Below, piece after piece: positions 1 through 9,501 of a DNA stretch of 64,000 bases (its first letter is position 1; every line of letters begins with the position of its first letter). The translations under genes were made by a program, and so were the position numbers. The notes beneath the pieces were generated by a model. That model searched no databases. It was given only the letters and a program-made list of their open reading frames with translations, and was not told where the DNA came from. This DNA comes from an uncultured Alphaproteobacteria bacterium (GTDB taxonomy: Bacteria > Pseudomonadota > Alphaproteobacteria > HIMB59 > GCA-002718135): assembly GCA_902567135.1 (NCBI GenBank), contig CACFLO010000001.1, positions 49,748 to 113,747 on the forward strand. The letters are read 5' to 3'.

Positions 1-1219
1 TTACCCAAGGAAAATTTGTTAAAGCTGAAATATTATTATCAAAATCTTCACCCAGACCATCAGAACTTCCATTTACCCAAATACCTTTTGATGCAAGTTT
101 TTTCCATGTTTTTAAACCACTAGACCAAACGATATTATCTGAATTTATTTTTGCTTGATTTGGAAGTGCGCTTATACGAGATATAAATACACACTTATTT
201 TTTAAACTACTTATTCTGACCGCAGTTTCATTTATTTGCTTCCTCTCAAAAATTTTATAATTATCTAAACTTTCAGGATATATTTGTTTTATATTATTAC
301 AGGAGCTTTTATTTTTTTTATTTTTTTCCAAATACCAATCTTCGAAATGAGCACCTTTTTCATCCTCACCCCTTTTAGAGACAACTGTTCCATGTTGATG
401 ATGTATATAAGATACACCTATTTTTTGATGACAACCTCCACCATAATTTTTCAAAATTTTTCTTTCATTTTCAACGTTTTCAAAATCAGCTTTAAAATTT
501 ATTTTTTTTAATAAAGAATTAAGTTTATTATCATCAATTCTTAATTCAATTGCTAAAGCTCCTTGACCAGGGGAACAAGGATTAATTGAGAGAGGTACAA
601 TTGTCCAAAAACATTGATTAATATAATTTTTAAGCTCTTTTTTTAATTCTTTGAATCGAGGAATTTGATTTAATAATATTCTATCAATTGCTGCTTTAGC
701 TACTATAAAACTATTATTTTCTGAACTATTAATAAATTTTTTAAAACGGGTTGGAATATTACCTCTTATATTTTCAAAATTTACAATTTTGTATTTTTGT
801 GGAAGATAATTTTTAATGAAGTTTTCTAAATTATATTTTCTTCTAGGCGATGAACATAGAACGTTAATAACGCCATCTTTATTAATTTTATTTTTCTTTA
901 TAAATAATATGTCTCGTTTATCTGATCTCTTTAATGTTGAAGCAATTATTGTTTGCTTTCCAACTTCAATGGGTAAATCTTTCCAAGAATGAACTATTAA
1001 ATCACATTGATTATTTATTAATTGATCTCTTAGATCATTAGTAAAAACTCCCTCTGAAGACATTTCTGAAAGTGGAGTTACTAAATCTTTATCACCAGAG
1101 GTACTTTTAGTTAAATATTCAATCTCGGTATCTGGAAATTTAGATTGTAGGTATTCACCAAATTCATATGCTTGAATAATAGCTAAATCACTTTTTCTAG
1201 ATAATACTCTTATTTTCAT
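1..1219 (-). CDS. hemC: Porphobilinogen deaminase (hydroxymethylbilane synthase) with C-terminal extension; runs off window start
   Basis: Not in the ORF track. Translated by hand from ATG at 1219: MKIRVLSRKSDLAIIQA...VHSWKDLP...PCSPGQGALAIE...ERKILKNYGGGCHQKIG (cofactor Cys). The frame stays open to base 1 (>400 codons). Confidence 0.9.
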   Translation of the reverse strand, partial: MKIRVLSRKSDLAIIQAYEFGEYLQSKFPDTEIEYLTKSTSGDKDLVTPLSEMSSEGVFTNDLRDQLINNQCDLIVHSWKDLPIEVGKQTIIASTLKRSDKRDILFIKKNKINKDGVINVLCSSPRRKYNLENFIKNYLPQKYKIVNFENIRGNIPTRFKKFINSSENNSFIVAKAAIDRILLNQIPRFKELKKELKNYINQCFWTIVPLSINPCSPGQGALAIELRIDDNKLNSLLKKINFKADFENVENERKILKNYGGGCHQKIGVSYIHHQHGTVVSKRGEDEKGAHFEDWYLEKNKKNKSSCNNIKQIYPESLDNYKIFERKQINETAVRISSLKNKCVFISRISALPNQAKINSDNIVWSSGLKTWKKLASKGIWVNGSSDGLGEDFDNNISALTNFPWV

Positions 1220-1356
1220 GGATTACAATTTCTCACATAACACTATATAATAAATAAATAAATTGATCACTTAGGAAACTTAAAATAAAAATAGGTGTGA
1301 CAATTATGCAAATAAGATACTTGGTTTTTAAACATAAACATATACTTATATCTTAA

Positions 1357-2592
1357 ATGGATTATTCAAAATTTTTTAATACAGAGTTGGAAAAATTTAA
1401 AAAAGAAGGTCTTTATCGTAATTTTAGAGAAATAGATCGTCCTATAAAGAAATTCCCTAAGGCAGATGAAATTCAGGGTGAAGAAGAAAGAGACGTTGAA
1501 GTATGGTGTTCTAATGATTATTTAAATATGAGCCAACACCCAGAAGTTGTAAATGAAACTGTTAAAACACTTTTAGAAATTGGGTCAGGTTCTGGTGGAA
1601 CCAGAAACATCTCTGGTACAAGCTCTTACCATACTGCTCTTGAGAGAAAATTAGCAGCAGTACATAATAAGGAAAATGCGCTAATATTCGCATCAGCTTA
1701 TACAGCTAATCAATCTACTTTATGGACTTTAGGTAAAAAAATTAAAAATTTAGAAATATTTTCTGATGAACTTAATCACGCATCTCTCATACAAGGTATA
1801 AAAAATAGTAGTGCAAATTGTCATATTTTTCAACATAATGACGTTGATCATCTTGAACAACTTCTAAGAAATACTGATCAGAATCATCCTAAATTAATTG
1901 TATTTGAGAGCTTATATTCAATGGAAGGGATAAGATCTCCTATTTTAAAAATTGTTGAACTCGCAAAAAAATATAACGCAATGACATATCTGGATGAAGT
2001 TCATTCAGTTGGTTTGTATGGAGACAAAGGTAAGGGTATAGCTGTAGAAATGAAAGTTGATCAAAAAATTGATATTATAAATGGAACTCTTGCAAAAGCT
2101 TATGGGCAAATGGGTGGATATATTGCAGCAAATAAAGAAATAATTGATTATATCAGAAGTTTTGCACCAGGTTTTATTTTTACAACTTCAATATGCCCAT
2201 CAATTGCAGCGGGAGCAAGTAAAGCTATAGATATTGTATCATTAGCTGATCAATTAAGAATTAAAATTCATGAGAATGCATCCACTATAAGGCAATTACT
2301 TGAATCAATAGCTATACCGTATATCGACACTAACAGTCACATAATATCCGTCATGATTAATGATCCATTTCTTTGCAAAAAAGTATCTGAAAAATTAATT
2401 GATGATCACGGTATTTATGCTCAACCAATTTTTTATCCTACAGTTCCAAAAGGACTTGAAAGACTTAGAATTACAGTAACTCCTAAGCACAGAAAAGATC
2501 ACATAGAAAAAATGATTAAATCTCTTGATAAAGTATGGTCTGCGTTAAGTTTACCAAGAAAAAATTCAACAAAAATTCATATTAACAACTAG
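1357..2592 (+). CDS. hemA: 5-aminolevulinate synthase
   Basis: VWCSNDYL, GSGGTRNISGT, SDELNHASLIQGI, DEVHSVGLYG, GTLAKAYG (PLP Lys), PGFIFTTS; divergent from hemC. Confidence 0.95.
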   Translation: MDYSKFFNTELEKFKKEGLYRNFREIDRPIKKFPKADEIQGEEERDVEVWCSNDYLNMSQHPEVVNETVKTLLEIGSGSGGTRNISGTSSYHTALERKLAAVHNKENALIFASAYTANQSTLWTLGKKIKNLEIFSDELNHASLIQGIKNSSANCHIFQHNDVDHLEQLLRNTDQNHPKLIVFESLYSMEGIRSPILKIVELAKKYNAMTYLDEVHSVGLYGDKGKGIAVEMKVDQKIDIINGTLAKAYGQMGGYIAANKEIIDYIRSFAPGFIFTTSICPSIAAGASKAIDIVSLADQLRIKIHENASTIRQLLESIAIPYIDTNSHIISVMINDPFLCKKVSEKLIDDHGIYAQPIFYPTVPKGLERLRITVTPKHRKDHIEKMIKSLDKVWSALSLPRKNSTKIHINN

Positions 2593-3491
2593 GGTAAAAC
2601 TGGTTCGCTTTTTTTTCTAGCTCCATAGCCATAATATATAACTGCCAAGACTATTATTCCCCCTCCAAGAATAACAGTAAAGCTTGGAACTTCATTTATA
2701 CCAAAAATTGGTATAGATACCCATATGACACCACCTACACATTCCATCAAAGATAAAAATGTCAACTCAGCTGAAGGTAAATATTTTGCTCCCAAAGTGT
2801 ATAAAATTAAACCAGATGCAACAATTAAACCATGAAGTAAACTCAAGTAACTATTTATTGCTGGCATGTCAGTAAACGGTTTAAATGATAACCCTAAAAC
2901 ACAATAAGAAAATATAGCACAAAATAGACCTGCTAAAAAAACAGTTGTAAATTTTGGTGTCTCAGGTTTCCACCTTATTGTTACAGAATATAACGCAAAA
3001 CCTGTTGCTGAAATAAATCCTATTATAGCTCCAAGAGCACTTCCTGAAATACTATCATTATAAATCATTACACAAACTCCAATAAATGCAATTATCATTG
3101 CAATTAAAGTAGACCTACTAAGAATTTCACCTAAAATCAAATAACCCACAATTGCTGCAATGAATGGCATAGCGGCTAACATAAACAAAGTTACTGCTGC
3201 AGCAGTCATTGTTATTGAAAAAATAAATCCAGTAAATGCTGTAGCTAAAAATATTCCTCCAAGTACTGATGAAACTCCAATTTTAAGAAAATTTTTATAA
3301 AAACTAGATCCTTCTTTTAAAATTAAATAAATTAATAAAATAATTGCAATTGCTATTCCTCTGTAAAATAAATAATGAAAAACATATGTATGTGCATCAT
3401 CCATATATCTTACAGTTACGGCTCCAAAACTCCAAATTAAGCCAGCAAGAAAAACTAATATAAATGCATTGAAATAACTGTTAGAATTCAT
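2589..3491 (-). CDS. DMT/EamA family transporter
   Basis: About 10 hydrophobic segments with EamA-like LGE..S pattern; ATG at 3491 preferred over TTG at 3512. Confidence 0.8.
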   Translation of the reverse strand: MNSNSYFNAFILVFLAGLIWSFGAVTVRYMDDAHTYVFHYLFYRGIAIAIILLIYLILKEGSSFYKNFLKIGVSSVLGGIFLATAFTGFIFSITMTAAAVTLFMLAAMPFIAAIVGYLILGEILSRSTLIAMIIAFIGVCVMIYNDSISGSALGAIIGFISATGFALYSVTIRWKPETPKFTTVFLAGLFCAIFSYCVLGLSFKPFTDMPAINSYLSLLHGLIVASGLILYTLGAKYLPSAELTFLSLMECVGGVIWVSIPIFGINEVPSFTVILGGGIIVLAVIYYGYGARKKSEPVLP

Positions 3492-3560
3492 ACTAATAGA
3501 CCTGTGCACCAAATTGAAGAAAAAGTAAATTATAAAAGAAATTTAAGAAAAAAATTTGTG

Positions 3561-4061
3561 CTAATTACAGACCCCTATAGAGCCAAGTGCACATTTTTTT
3601 CCATCAACCCATATAGCGCTAGATAAATTAGCTTCATCAAAAATTGCTCCTGAAATATTAGCTCCTAGCAGGTTAGCTTCATATAAATTAGCCCCTTTAA
3701 AGGAAGAGGTAAAAAGATTAGCTCCTTCAAAATTAACCTTGGCAAGATTTGCATTTTCAAAATTTGCATTATTGCAATTAGCACCTTGTAAATTAGATGA
3801 ATATAAGTTTGAATTACTAAAATTTGCAAAAATAAAATTTCCAATAGACAGATCAGAGTTATTTAATTGCGATTTCTCTAAATTGGCTAGAGATAAATTA
3901 ACTCCTGACATCTTTGCGTTAGCCATTCCAACACCTATTAAATCAAGGTTTTCAACAAAATTACAGTTTGTCCAATCAACTTCATTAGAAGGCTGATCAT
4001 CACATCCAGCATGAGCAAAACTTGGCAGTAATAAAATTAATAGTAAAATCATCCATCTCAT
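3561..4061 (-). CDS. Secreted pentapeptide-repeat protein
   Basis: Signal peptide ending AHA, CxxxPxxxVDWxxC cap, tandem A(N/D)(L/F)xx repeats, C-terminal W.DG..C...S.G.C. Confidence 0.9.
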   Translation of the reverse strand: MRWMILLLILLLPSFAHAGCDDQPSNEVDWTNCNFVENLDLIGVGMANAKMSGVNLSLANLEKSQLNNSDLSIGNFIFANFSNSNLYSSNLQGANCNNANFENANLAKVNFEGANLFTSSFKGANLYEANLLGANISGAIFDEANLSSAIWVDGKKCALGSIGVCN

Positions 4062-4102
4062 AAACAATTAAGTAAGAAAACTTTATGTTTAATTTAAGGC
4101 AA

Positions 4103-6016
4103 CTATCTTGAGGTAAGTTTTAGTTCAATTCTTCTATTTTGCTGATAATCTTCTATAGTTTCCCCATCACTAATAGGATAAAATTCTCCATATCCAGCAG
4201 CGGCAAGTCTTCTTGGAGGAAAGCCAATCTCAAGTAATAATTTCAAAACTGAATTAGCCCGAGCACTTGATAGTTCCCAGTTAGAGGGAAATTGTATTGT
4301 ATTAATTGGTATTTTATCAGTATGTCCCTCTACCTGAATTATCCAATCAATATCTGTTGGGATTTCATTTGTGGTCTCCATCAATGTCATAGCAATTTGT
4401 TTTAGCTTTGCTTTACCATTTTCTTGTAAATTTGCAGAAGCTGAGTCAAATAATAGCTCTGATTCAAAAATAAATCTATCACCAACAACTTTAATATCAT
4501 CTCTGTCACCTAATAAAGATTGGAGTTTTCCAAAAAATTCTGAACGGTATTTTTGCAACTCAAATATTTTTGATGTTAATGCTTTATTTAACCTTTCACC
4601 AAGAATTTCAATTTCTAAATTCTTAGATGCAGTTTCTATCTCACTTGACTCAAGAGCTCTATTTAAAGTCAGTATTTCAATTTTTAAATTGTCAATTTCA
4701 TTTGATAAAATAGAGATTTGCTCAAATGTTTGTGATGCTTCAATTTGCATCTCCTCAATTTGATTACTAGAAACCTCATTCTCCATAGCTCTAGCATTTT
4801 CAACATTCTCAATATCTCTTTTTAATATTGCTATTTCTAATTCCTGTTCCATTCTTTTTTCATCAGAAATTGAAAGGACATTATTTAATTCAATTATCTT
4901 ACCTCTTAAATCAAAAATTGTATTATCTTTATTGATTAAATTTTGATTTAGTGTTGCTAATTCTTGATTCTTAAATCTTATTGCTTCTAATTGTTCCTGC
5001 AGTGTAGCATCTTTTAATCCCAAACTATCATTTATTTCCAATAAATCATTCATGAGATTTTGATATTGATTTATTTGATTTTGCAATTCTTCATCTCGAA
5101 GCGATAATTCTAAATTCGTTCGCTCTAACATACTTAAGGTTTCCTGAGTCTCTTTTTGAGAGTTTAGTAAATCTTTATTTAAATTTATAAGATCTTGATT
5201 TTTATTTTTAATTGCTTCTAGCTGCTCAGTAATACCGCCATCTTCTAAACCTAAACTTTCATTTATAGCAACTAGATTTTCATTCTTTATATTTAATTCA
5301 TTTATTTTCTCAGTAAGATCATTTTCACTAATTTCTAGTTTTTTATTTGTTACATCAAGCTGGTTATTAAGTATTTTAAGATTTTCATTTGATATGTTTA
5401 ATTCATCAACTTTTTCATTTAAATTTGTTTGGCTAATTGTAAGTTTATTATTTGTTTCATCTAGCTTTGCATTAAGTGTCTTTAATTGATCTATACGAGC
5501 AGCTAAAGCTTTATTAATTTTTTCACCCAATCCTTCTGTATCTAATATAGCACTATCTAAACCATCATAAACTTCAAGAGCTTTAGCAACAATTCGCAAT
5601 TCACTTAAAAGTTCTGTTATTTGACTAGACAGAGCAAGTATATTTTGTTCTTGAACAAATATTTCTGTGCTTTTTTTAGCAAGATCTGTTTGTAAACCTT
5701 CTGCAATTAATTCTTGCGTTTTCAAATCTTTTTGAACATTACTTAATTGCGACTCTGTGTCTGATAAAGTTTGAAGAGCTTCTTTTTTTTCAGTAACTTC
5801 TGATTGAAGAATTTTTGATAATTCACTAATTTGGATTCTCAGTTCTTGCAAAGCCTTATCTCTTCCTGAAATAGCATCACTCAAATAAATTTGAGATACT
5901 GTAAATACCATTAGTACAAAGATAATAACTATTAACAGTGTAGCCAAAACATCTACAAATCCAGGCCAAATATTATTTGAATCACCAAGTCTATTTCTTA
6001 AAGACCTAGATACCAT
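4103..6016 (-). CDS. MotB/OmpA-like peptidoglycan-binding protein with long coiled coil
   Basis: N-terminal WPGFVDVL TM with conserved Asp; C-terminal VEGHTD, SNWELSSARA, NRRIEL. Confidence 0.85.
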   Translation of the reverse strand: MVSRSLRNRLGDSNNIWPGFVDVLATLLIVIIFVLMVFTVSQIYLSDAISGRDKALQELRIQISELSKILQSEVTEKKEALQTLSDTESQLSNVQKDLKTQELIAEGLQTDLAKKSTEIFVQEQNILALSSQITELLSELRIVAKALEVYDGLDSAILDTEGLGEKINKALAARIDQLKTLNAKLDETNNKLTISQTNLNEKVDELNISNENLKILNNQLDVTNKKLEISENDLTEKINELNIKNENLVAINESLGLEDGGITEQLEAIKNKNQDLINLNKDLLNSQKETQETLSMLERTNLELSLRDEELQNQINQYQNLMNDLLEINDSLGLKDATLQEQLEAIRFKNQELATLNQNLINKDNTIFDLRGKIIELNNVLSISDEKRMEQELEIAILKRDIENVENARAMENEVSSNQIEEMQIEASQTFEQISILSNEIDNLKIEILTLNRALESSEIETASKNLEIEILGERLNKALTSKIFELQKYRSEFFGKLQSLLGDRDDIKVVGDRFIFESELLFDSASANLQENGKAKLKQIAMTLMETTNEIPTDIDWIIQVEGHTDKIPINTIQFPSNWELSSARANSVLKLLLEIGFPPRRLAAAGYGEFYPISDGETIEDYQQNRRIELKLTSR

Positions 6017-6018
6017 TA

Positions 6019-7059
6019 TTATTTTTTATTTTTTGTATTTAATTTTTTAATACTCTGATTCAAATCTTCAAATATTTTTTTTGTTGAGCTATCTAAAAAG
6101 CCTTGATCATTAATTTTATTTATCAATTGTAGTATGCTTGATTGAGTATTTAATTGAGTTGATAAAAAATTGGATAGTTTTTCATCCATTTCTGCTGAAT
6201 GCGTATTAACATTTTTAATTTGCTCATTTAAGTTAGCTAAATTATTATTAATCTCATTTTGATTTTCAGAAGTTTTTTTTAATGAATACACAATACTATC
6301 TAAATTATCATAAATTTTTTGAAGTGCTTGTTGACCAATATTATCAGAAGGTGATGAATTAAGTAAATCTGGAAAGGAATTGTTCTCCAATATTTTTTCG
6401 AAAAATAAACTAAACTTATTTTGTGCTTGCCCAAGATTTATATCCATAAAACCAAGAATTAATGAACCAGCCAATCCAAGTAATGAACTGCTAAAAGCAA
6501 TGCTCATTCCTTGTAGAGGTGCATTTAAACCGTCTTTTAAAGAATTAAAAAAACCAGCAACATTTGTATCATCAATACCAAGACCATTAATTACATCGCC
6601 AACCGAACCTATGGTCTTCAGTAATCCCCAGAAAGTTCCAAGTAATCCTAAAAAAACTAATAAACCAACTAAGTACCTTGAAGTTTCTCTAACGCCTGAT
6701 AATGACATATCAGAATTTTCGATTAACCTATTAATTACAGAACTTTTAAAAACAAATCTGCCTTCTACCTGCTTAAGATCACCAGCAATATTTTTTAAAT
6801 TACCATTATTATTAAGAAAAGATTTTGGAGATTTATTTATTTCAAAATTTGCCAATGCTATATAATCCGTATTTAGACCAGCAAGCTTTAGTAAATTAAA
6901 AATAATACCAACAGCCAAAGCTGCTAAAATTATTAAATTTATAAATATATTTGATAAAAAAGCATTTTGAAGAACTGGATAAATAAGGACAACAATGATA
7001 AATACTATTGCTAAGAAAAATCCTACTCTTAATAAATATTGATTCAAGCTTTTTTGCAT
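6019..7059 (-). CDS. MotA/TolQ/ExbB-like proton channel protein
   Basis: LGLLGTFWGL and GMSIAFSSSLLGL TM motifs; directly upstream of the MotB-like gene. Confidence 0.85.
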   Translation of the reverse strand: MQKSLNQYLLRVGFFLAIVFIIVVLIYPVLQNAFLSNIFINLIILAALAVGIIFNLLKLAGLNTDYIALANFEINKSPKSFLNNNGNLKNIAGDLKQVEGRFVFKSSVINRLIENSDMSLSGVRETSRYLVGLLVFLGLLGTFWGLLKTIGSVGDVINGLGIDDTNVAGFFNSLKDGLNAPLQGMSIAFSSSLLGLAGSLILGFMDINLGQAQNKFSLFFEKILENNSFPDLLNSSPSDNIGQQALQKIYDNLDSIVYSLKKTSENQNEINNNLANLNEQIKNVNTHSAEMDEKLSNFLSTQLNTQSSILQLINKINDQGFLDSSTKKIFEDLNQSIKKLNTKNKK

Positions 7060-7116
7060 AAAATAGTATCTAGTTAATATATGTTTATAATAAGTATTTT
7101 ATACATCTAAATTATG

Positions 7117-8301
7117 TCAATTATACATATAGTTTCTTGTTAAGGGTAAATTATTAATATTCTTAGCAATTTGGATTTGGAAAACAACATTTCCCATATT
7201 GATAAAAGAATATTTACTAGCAAGTAAATAAAATTCCCACATACGATAAAAGCGCTCATCAAACATTTTAACAATTTTATCCTTGTTTTTTTGAACATTT
7301 CTATACCAATGAGTTAACGTATGAGCGTAATGTAACCGAAGTATCTCAATATCAGTTATATTTATATTGAGTTTTTGAGTTTCATTAATAATATCAGATA
7401 GAGAAGGTATATATCCTCCAGGAAAAATATATTTTCTTATCCACGGGCTTGTTGCAGTTGGAATACCTCTTTGACCAATTGTGTGAAGAAGAAATACTCC
7501 ATTTTCTTTTAATAAATCGTATGTTTTTTTTAAATAAGTTTTAAAGTATTTGATACCAACATGCTCAAACATTCCCACAGATACAATTCGATCATATTTA
7601 TGAGTCTCATTTCTATAGTCTTGTATTTTAAATGAAATTTTATCAGACAAACCCTCTTCCTGAGCTCTTTTGGAAGCAGTGGCAAATTGGTTTTCTGAAA
7701 GCGTAATTCCTTTAACATTAGCCCCAGTTTGCTTAGCGATTTCTATAGCCATACCTCCCCATCCACATCCAATATCTAATACATTCATATTCTCCGTAAT
7801 TTGAAGCTTGTTAATTATATGTTTTTTTTTATCAATTTGCGCCTGCTCTAAACTAATATTTTCGTTATGAAAATATGCACAGGAGTATTGCATATCTTGA
7901 TCTAAAAAAAGTTTATACAAATCTTCTTTTAAATCATAATGATGTGCAACATTTTGTTTTGATTTAACAGCTTCATTGAGCTGCTGGAAAATTTTAAAAT
8001 ATCCAGAGAAATTCTCATATATTCTATATATAAAATTATTTTGAATAAAATCATCGTAACATGAAGTTATCAAGTCTATTAATTGTTCTATTGTGCCATC
8101 TAATATTAATATTTCTTGATTCATATAGCCTTCTCCAAAGTAAAGACCAGGATTTCTAAATAATTTTTTTTCTATTGATTTATTAGTAAGTTTAATTTTT
8201 AGATTATTTGAGCCACTTCCAAACTCATGAATTTTATCACTACTATCAATAATTGAAATTTTTTCTTTAAAATTTACTTTTTTTAAAACAGAATAAAGCA
8301 T
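7117..8301 (-). CDS. cfa: Cyclopropane-fatty-acyl-phospholipid synthase family SAM methyltransferase
   Basis: HHYDL, YSCAYF, LDIGCGWGG, VSVGMFEHVG, YIFPGG, RMWEFYL. Confidence 0.88.
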   Translation of the reverse strand: MLYSVLKKVNFKEKISIIDSSDKIHEFGSGSNNLKIKLTNKSIEKKLFRNPGLYFGEGYMNQEILILDGTIEQLIDLITSCYDDFIQNNFIYRIYENFSGYFKIFQQLNEAVKSKQNVAHHYDLKEDLYKLFLDQDMQYSCAYFHNENISLEQAQIDKKKHIINKLQITENMNVLDIGCGWGGMAIEIAKQTGANVKGITLSENQFATASKRAQEEGLSDKISFKIQDYRNETHKYDRIVSVGMFEHVGIKYFKTYLKKTYDLLKENGVFLLHTIGQRGIPTATSPWIRKYIFPGGYIPSLSDIINETQKLNINITDIEILRLHYAHTLTHWYRNVQKNKDKIVKMFDERFYRMWEFYLLASKYSFINMGNVVFQIQIAKNINNLPLTRNYMYN

Positions 8302-8355
8302 AATTTTTTTAGGAATCTATTTTAAGAAAATGACTACTAATGTCAACAAAATGAA

Positions 8356-8381
8356 AATGGCTGCGTAAAAACACAGCCATT
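8356..8381 (-). terminator. Intrinsic terminator after the GcrA-like gene
   Basis: Minus strand AATGGCTGTG-tttttA-CGCAGCCATT (10-bp stem with one G-U pair valid only on this strand), followed by a T-rich tail. Confidence 0.7.
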
Positions 8382-8395
8382 AAAGAAGAAAAAAT

Positions 8396-8620
8396 TTATG
8401 CGGCTATGCGACGATTTTTTTGAGCTTCTTTTTCTTTTTTAAGCTCTCTTTCGTCAATATAAGCAACTTCACAATGCTGTTTACAGTATGGTTTTCCAGT
8501 CAACGTTTTAGCCTCACAAAAATGAAAATCTTTTTCTTGAGGATCTCCAATTGGCCACTGACAACTAGAGAAAGTGTGTGTCACTCTATTTTGTTTAAAA
8601 TAGTTTTTAATAATAGACAT
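8396..8620 (-). CDS. Stand-alone GcrA C-terminal-domain protein (74 aa)
   Basis: CQWPIGDP..DFHFC...GKPYCKQHC..AY matches the GcrA C-terminal Cys/His motif; AAGGA RBS upstream; no N-terminal HTH. Confidence 0.8.
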   Translation of the reverse strand: MSIIKNYFKQNRVTHTFSSCQWPIGDPQEKDFHFCEAKTLTGKPYCKQHCEVAYIDERELKKEKEAQKNRRIAA

Positions 8621-8726
8621 TATTTAGTTCCTTTTTAACCTGTAAATATTGAAATCTGTAATTATCGAAGTAGTTTATAAGATCGAAAAATCCAGTATTC
8701 AAGAACAATTATAAAAAAACTATATA

Positions 8727-8774
8727 TCCCAATATGTTAGTATAAGAATTAAATACAACTACTATATGTAGATA
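8727..8774. promoter_or_regulatory. Tandem NrdR-box-like sites
   Basis: ctaCTATATGTAGata (8759-8774) and a weaker tccCAATATGTTAgta (8727-8742), 32 bp apart; resemble acaCwAtATaTwGtg. Confidence 0.4.
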
Positions 8775-9004
8775 ATAAAACTGTTTTTTTTATCTACAAA
8801 AACGAATCGGAATTTATAAAATTAAAATTAATAGAATAATCAAGAAAAAAGCTGAATATGAGCAAATTACAATTTTTCTGGATAGCCTAGAATTCTGAGG
8901 TTTCCTAAAATAAATAAATAAAATTATTATAGACCAAAAAAAAAATAAAATTAACCAGCCAAAAATTAAAGCAATATAAAAATCATTATACATTTGAAAT
9001 TTTT

Positions 9005-9463
9005 TTATTCAGATAGCGCTCTTTTTTGAATATATTTTTGGTGATACTCTTCAGCTTTATAAAAAGTATCAGCTTTAGTAATTGCAGTTACTATCATATT
9101 GTTGAAGGAAGTTTGATGCTTTGATTTAGATGTTTCTGCAACTTTTTTTTGAAATTCATCGAAATAATAAATGACTGAACGGTATTGACGTCCAATATCT
9201 GGACCCTGCCTATCAATAGTAGTTGGATCATGACACTTCCAAAATTCATCTACTAATGTTGAGTATGAAATAATTGCATCATCAAAATCAAGTTGCAAAA
9301 CCTCAGCATGATCTGTATTTTGATAACATACACTCTCATAAGTTGGGTTTTTTGTATTACCTCCTGAATACCCTACTTCAGTTTTAATAATACCAGACAT
9401 TTCTCTAAAATGTTCTTCTACACCCCAAAAACAACCTGCTCCAAATAATGCTTTTTGAATCAT
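9005..9463 (-). CDS. msrA: Peptide methionine (S)-sulfoxide reductase
   Basis: GAGCFWG, GYSGG, HAE, HDPT, QGPDIGRQYRS, AEEYHQKY. Confidence 0.95.
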   Translation of the reverse strand: MIQKALFGAGCFWGVEEHFREMSGIIKTEVGYSGGNTKNPTYESVCYQNTDHAEVLQLDFDDAIISYSTLVDEFWKCHDPTTIDRQGPDIGRQYRSVIYYFDEFQKKVAETSKSKHQTSFNNMIVTAITKADTFYKAEEYHQKYIQKRALSE

Positions 9464-9501
9464 ATATTAAATATATACACTAAATTTATTAATTCAAATT
9501 T

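Noticed and set aside
284..511. 75-aa plus-strand ORF
   Set aside because: Antisense shadow of hemC, which the ORF track missed because it runs off the window.
4103..7059. Zorya defence system (zorAB)
   Set aside because: No zorC, zorD or zorE nearby; the long coiled coil is on the MotB-like subunit; the context is housekeeping.
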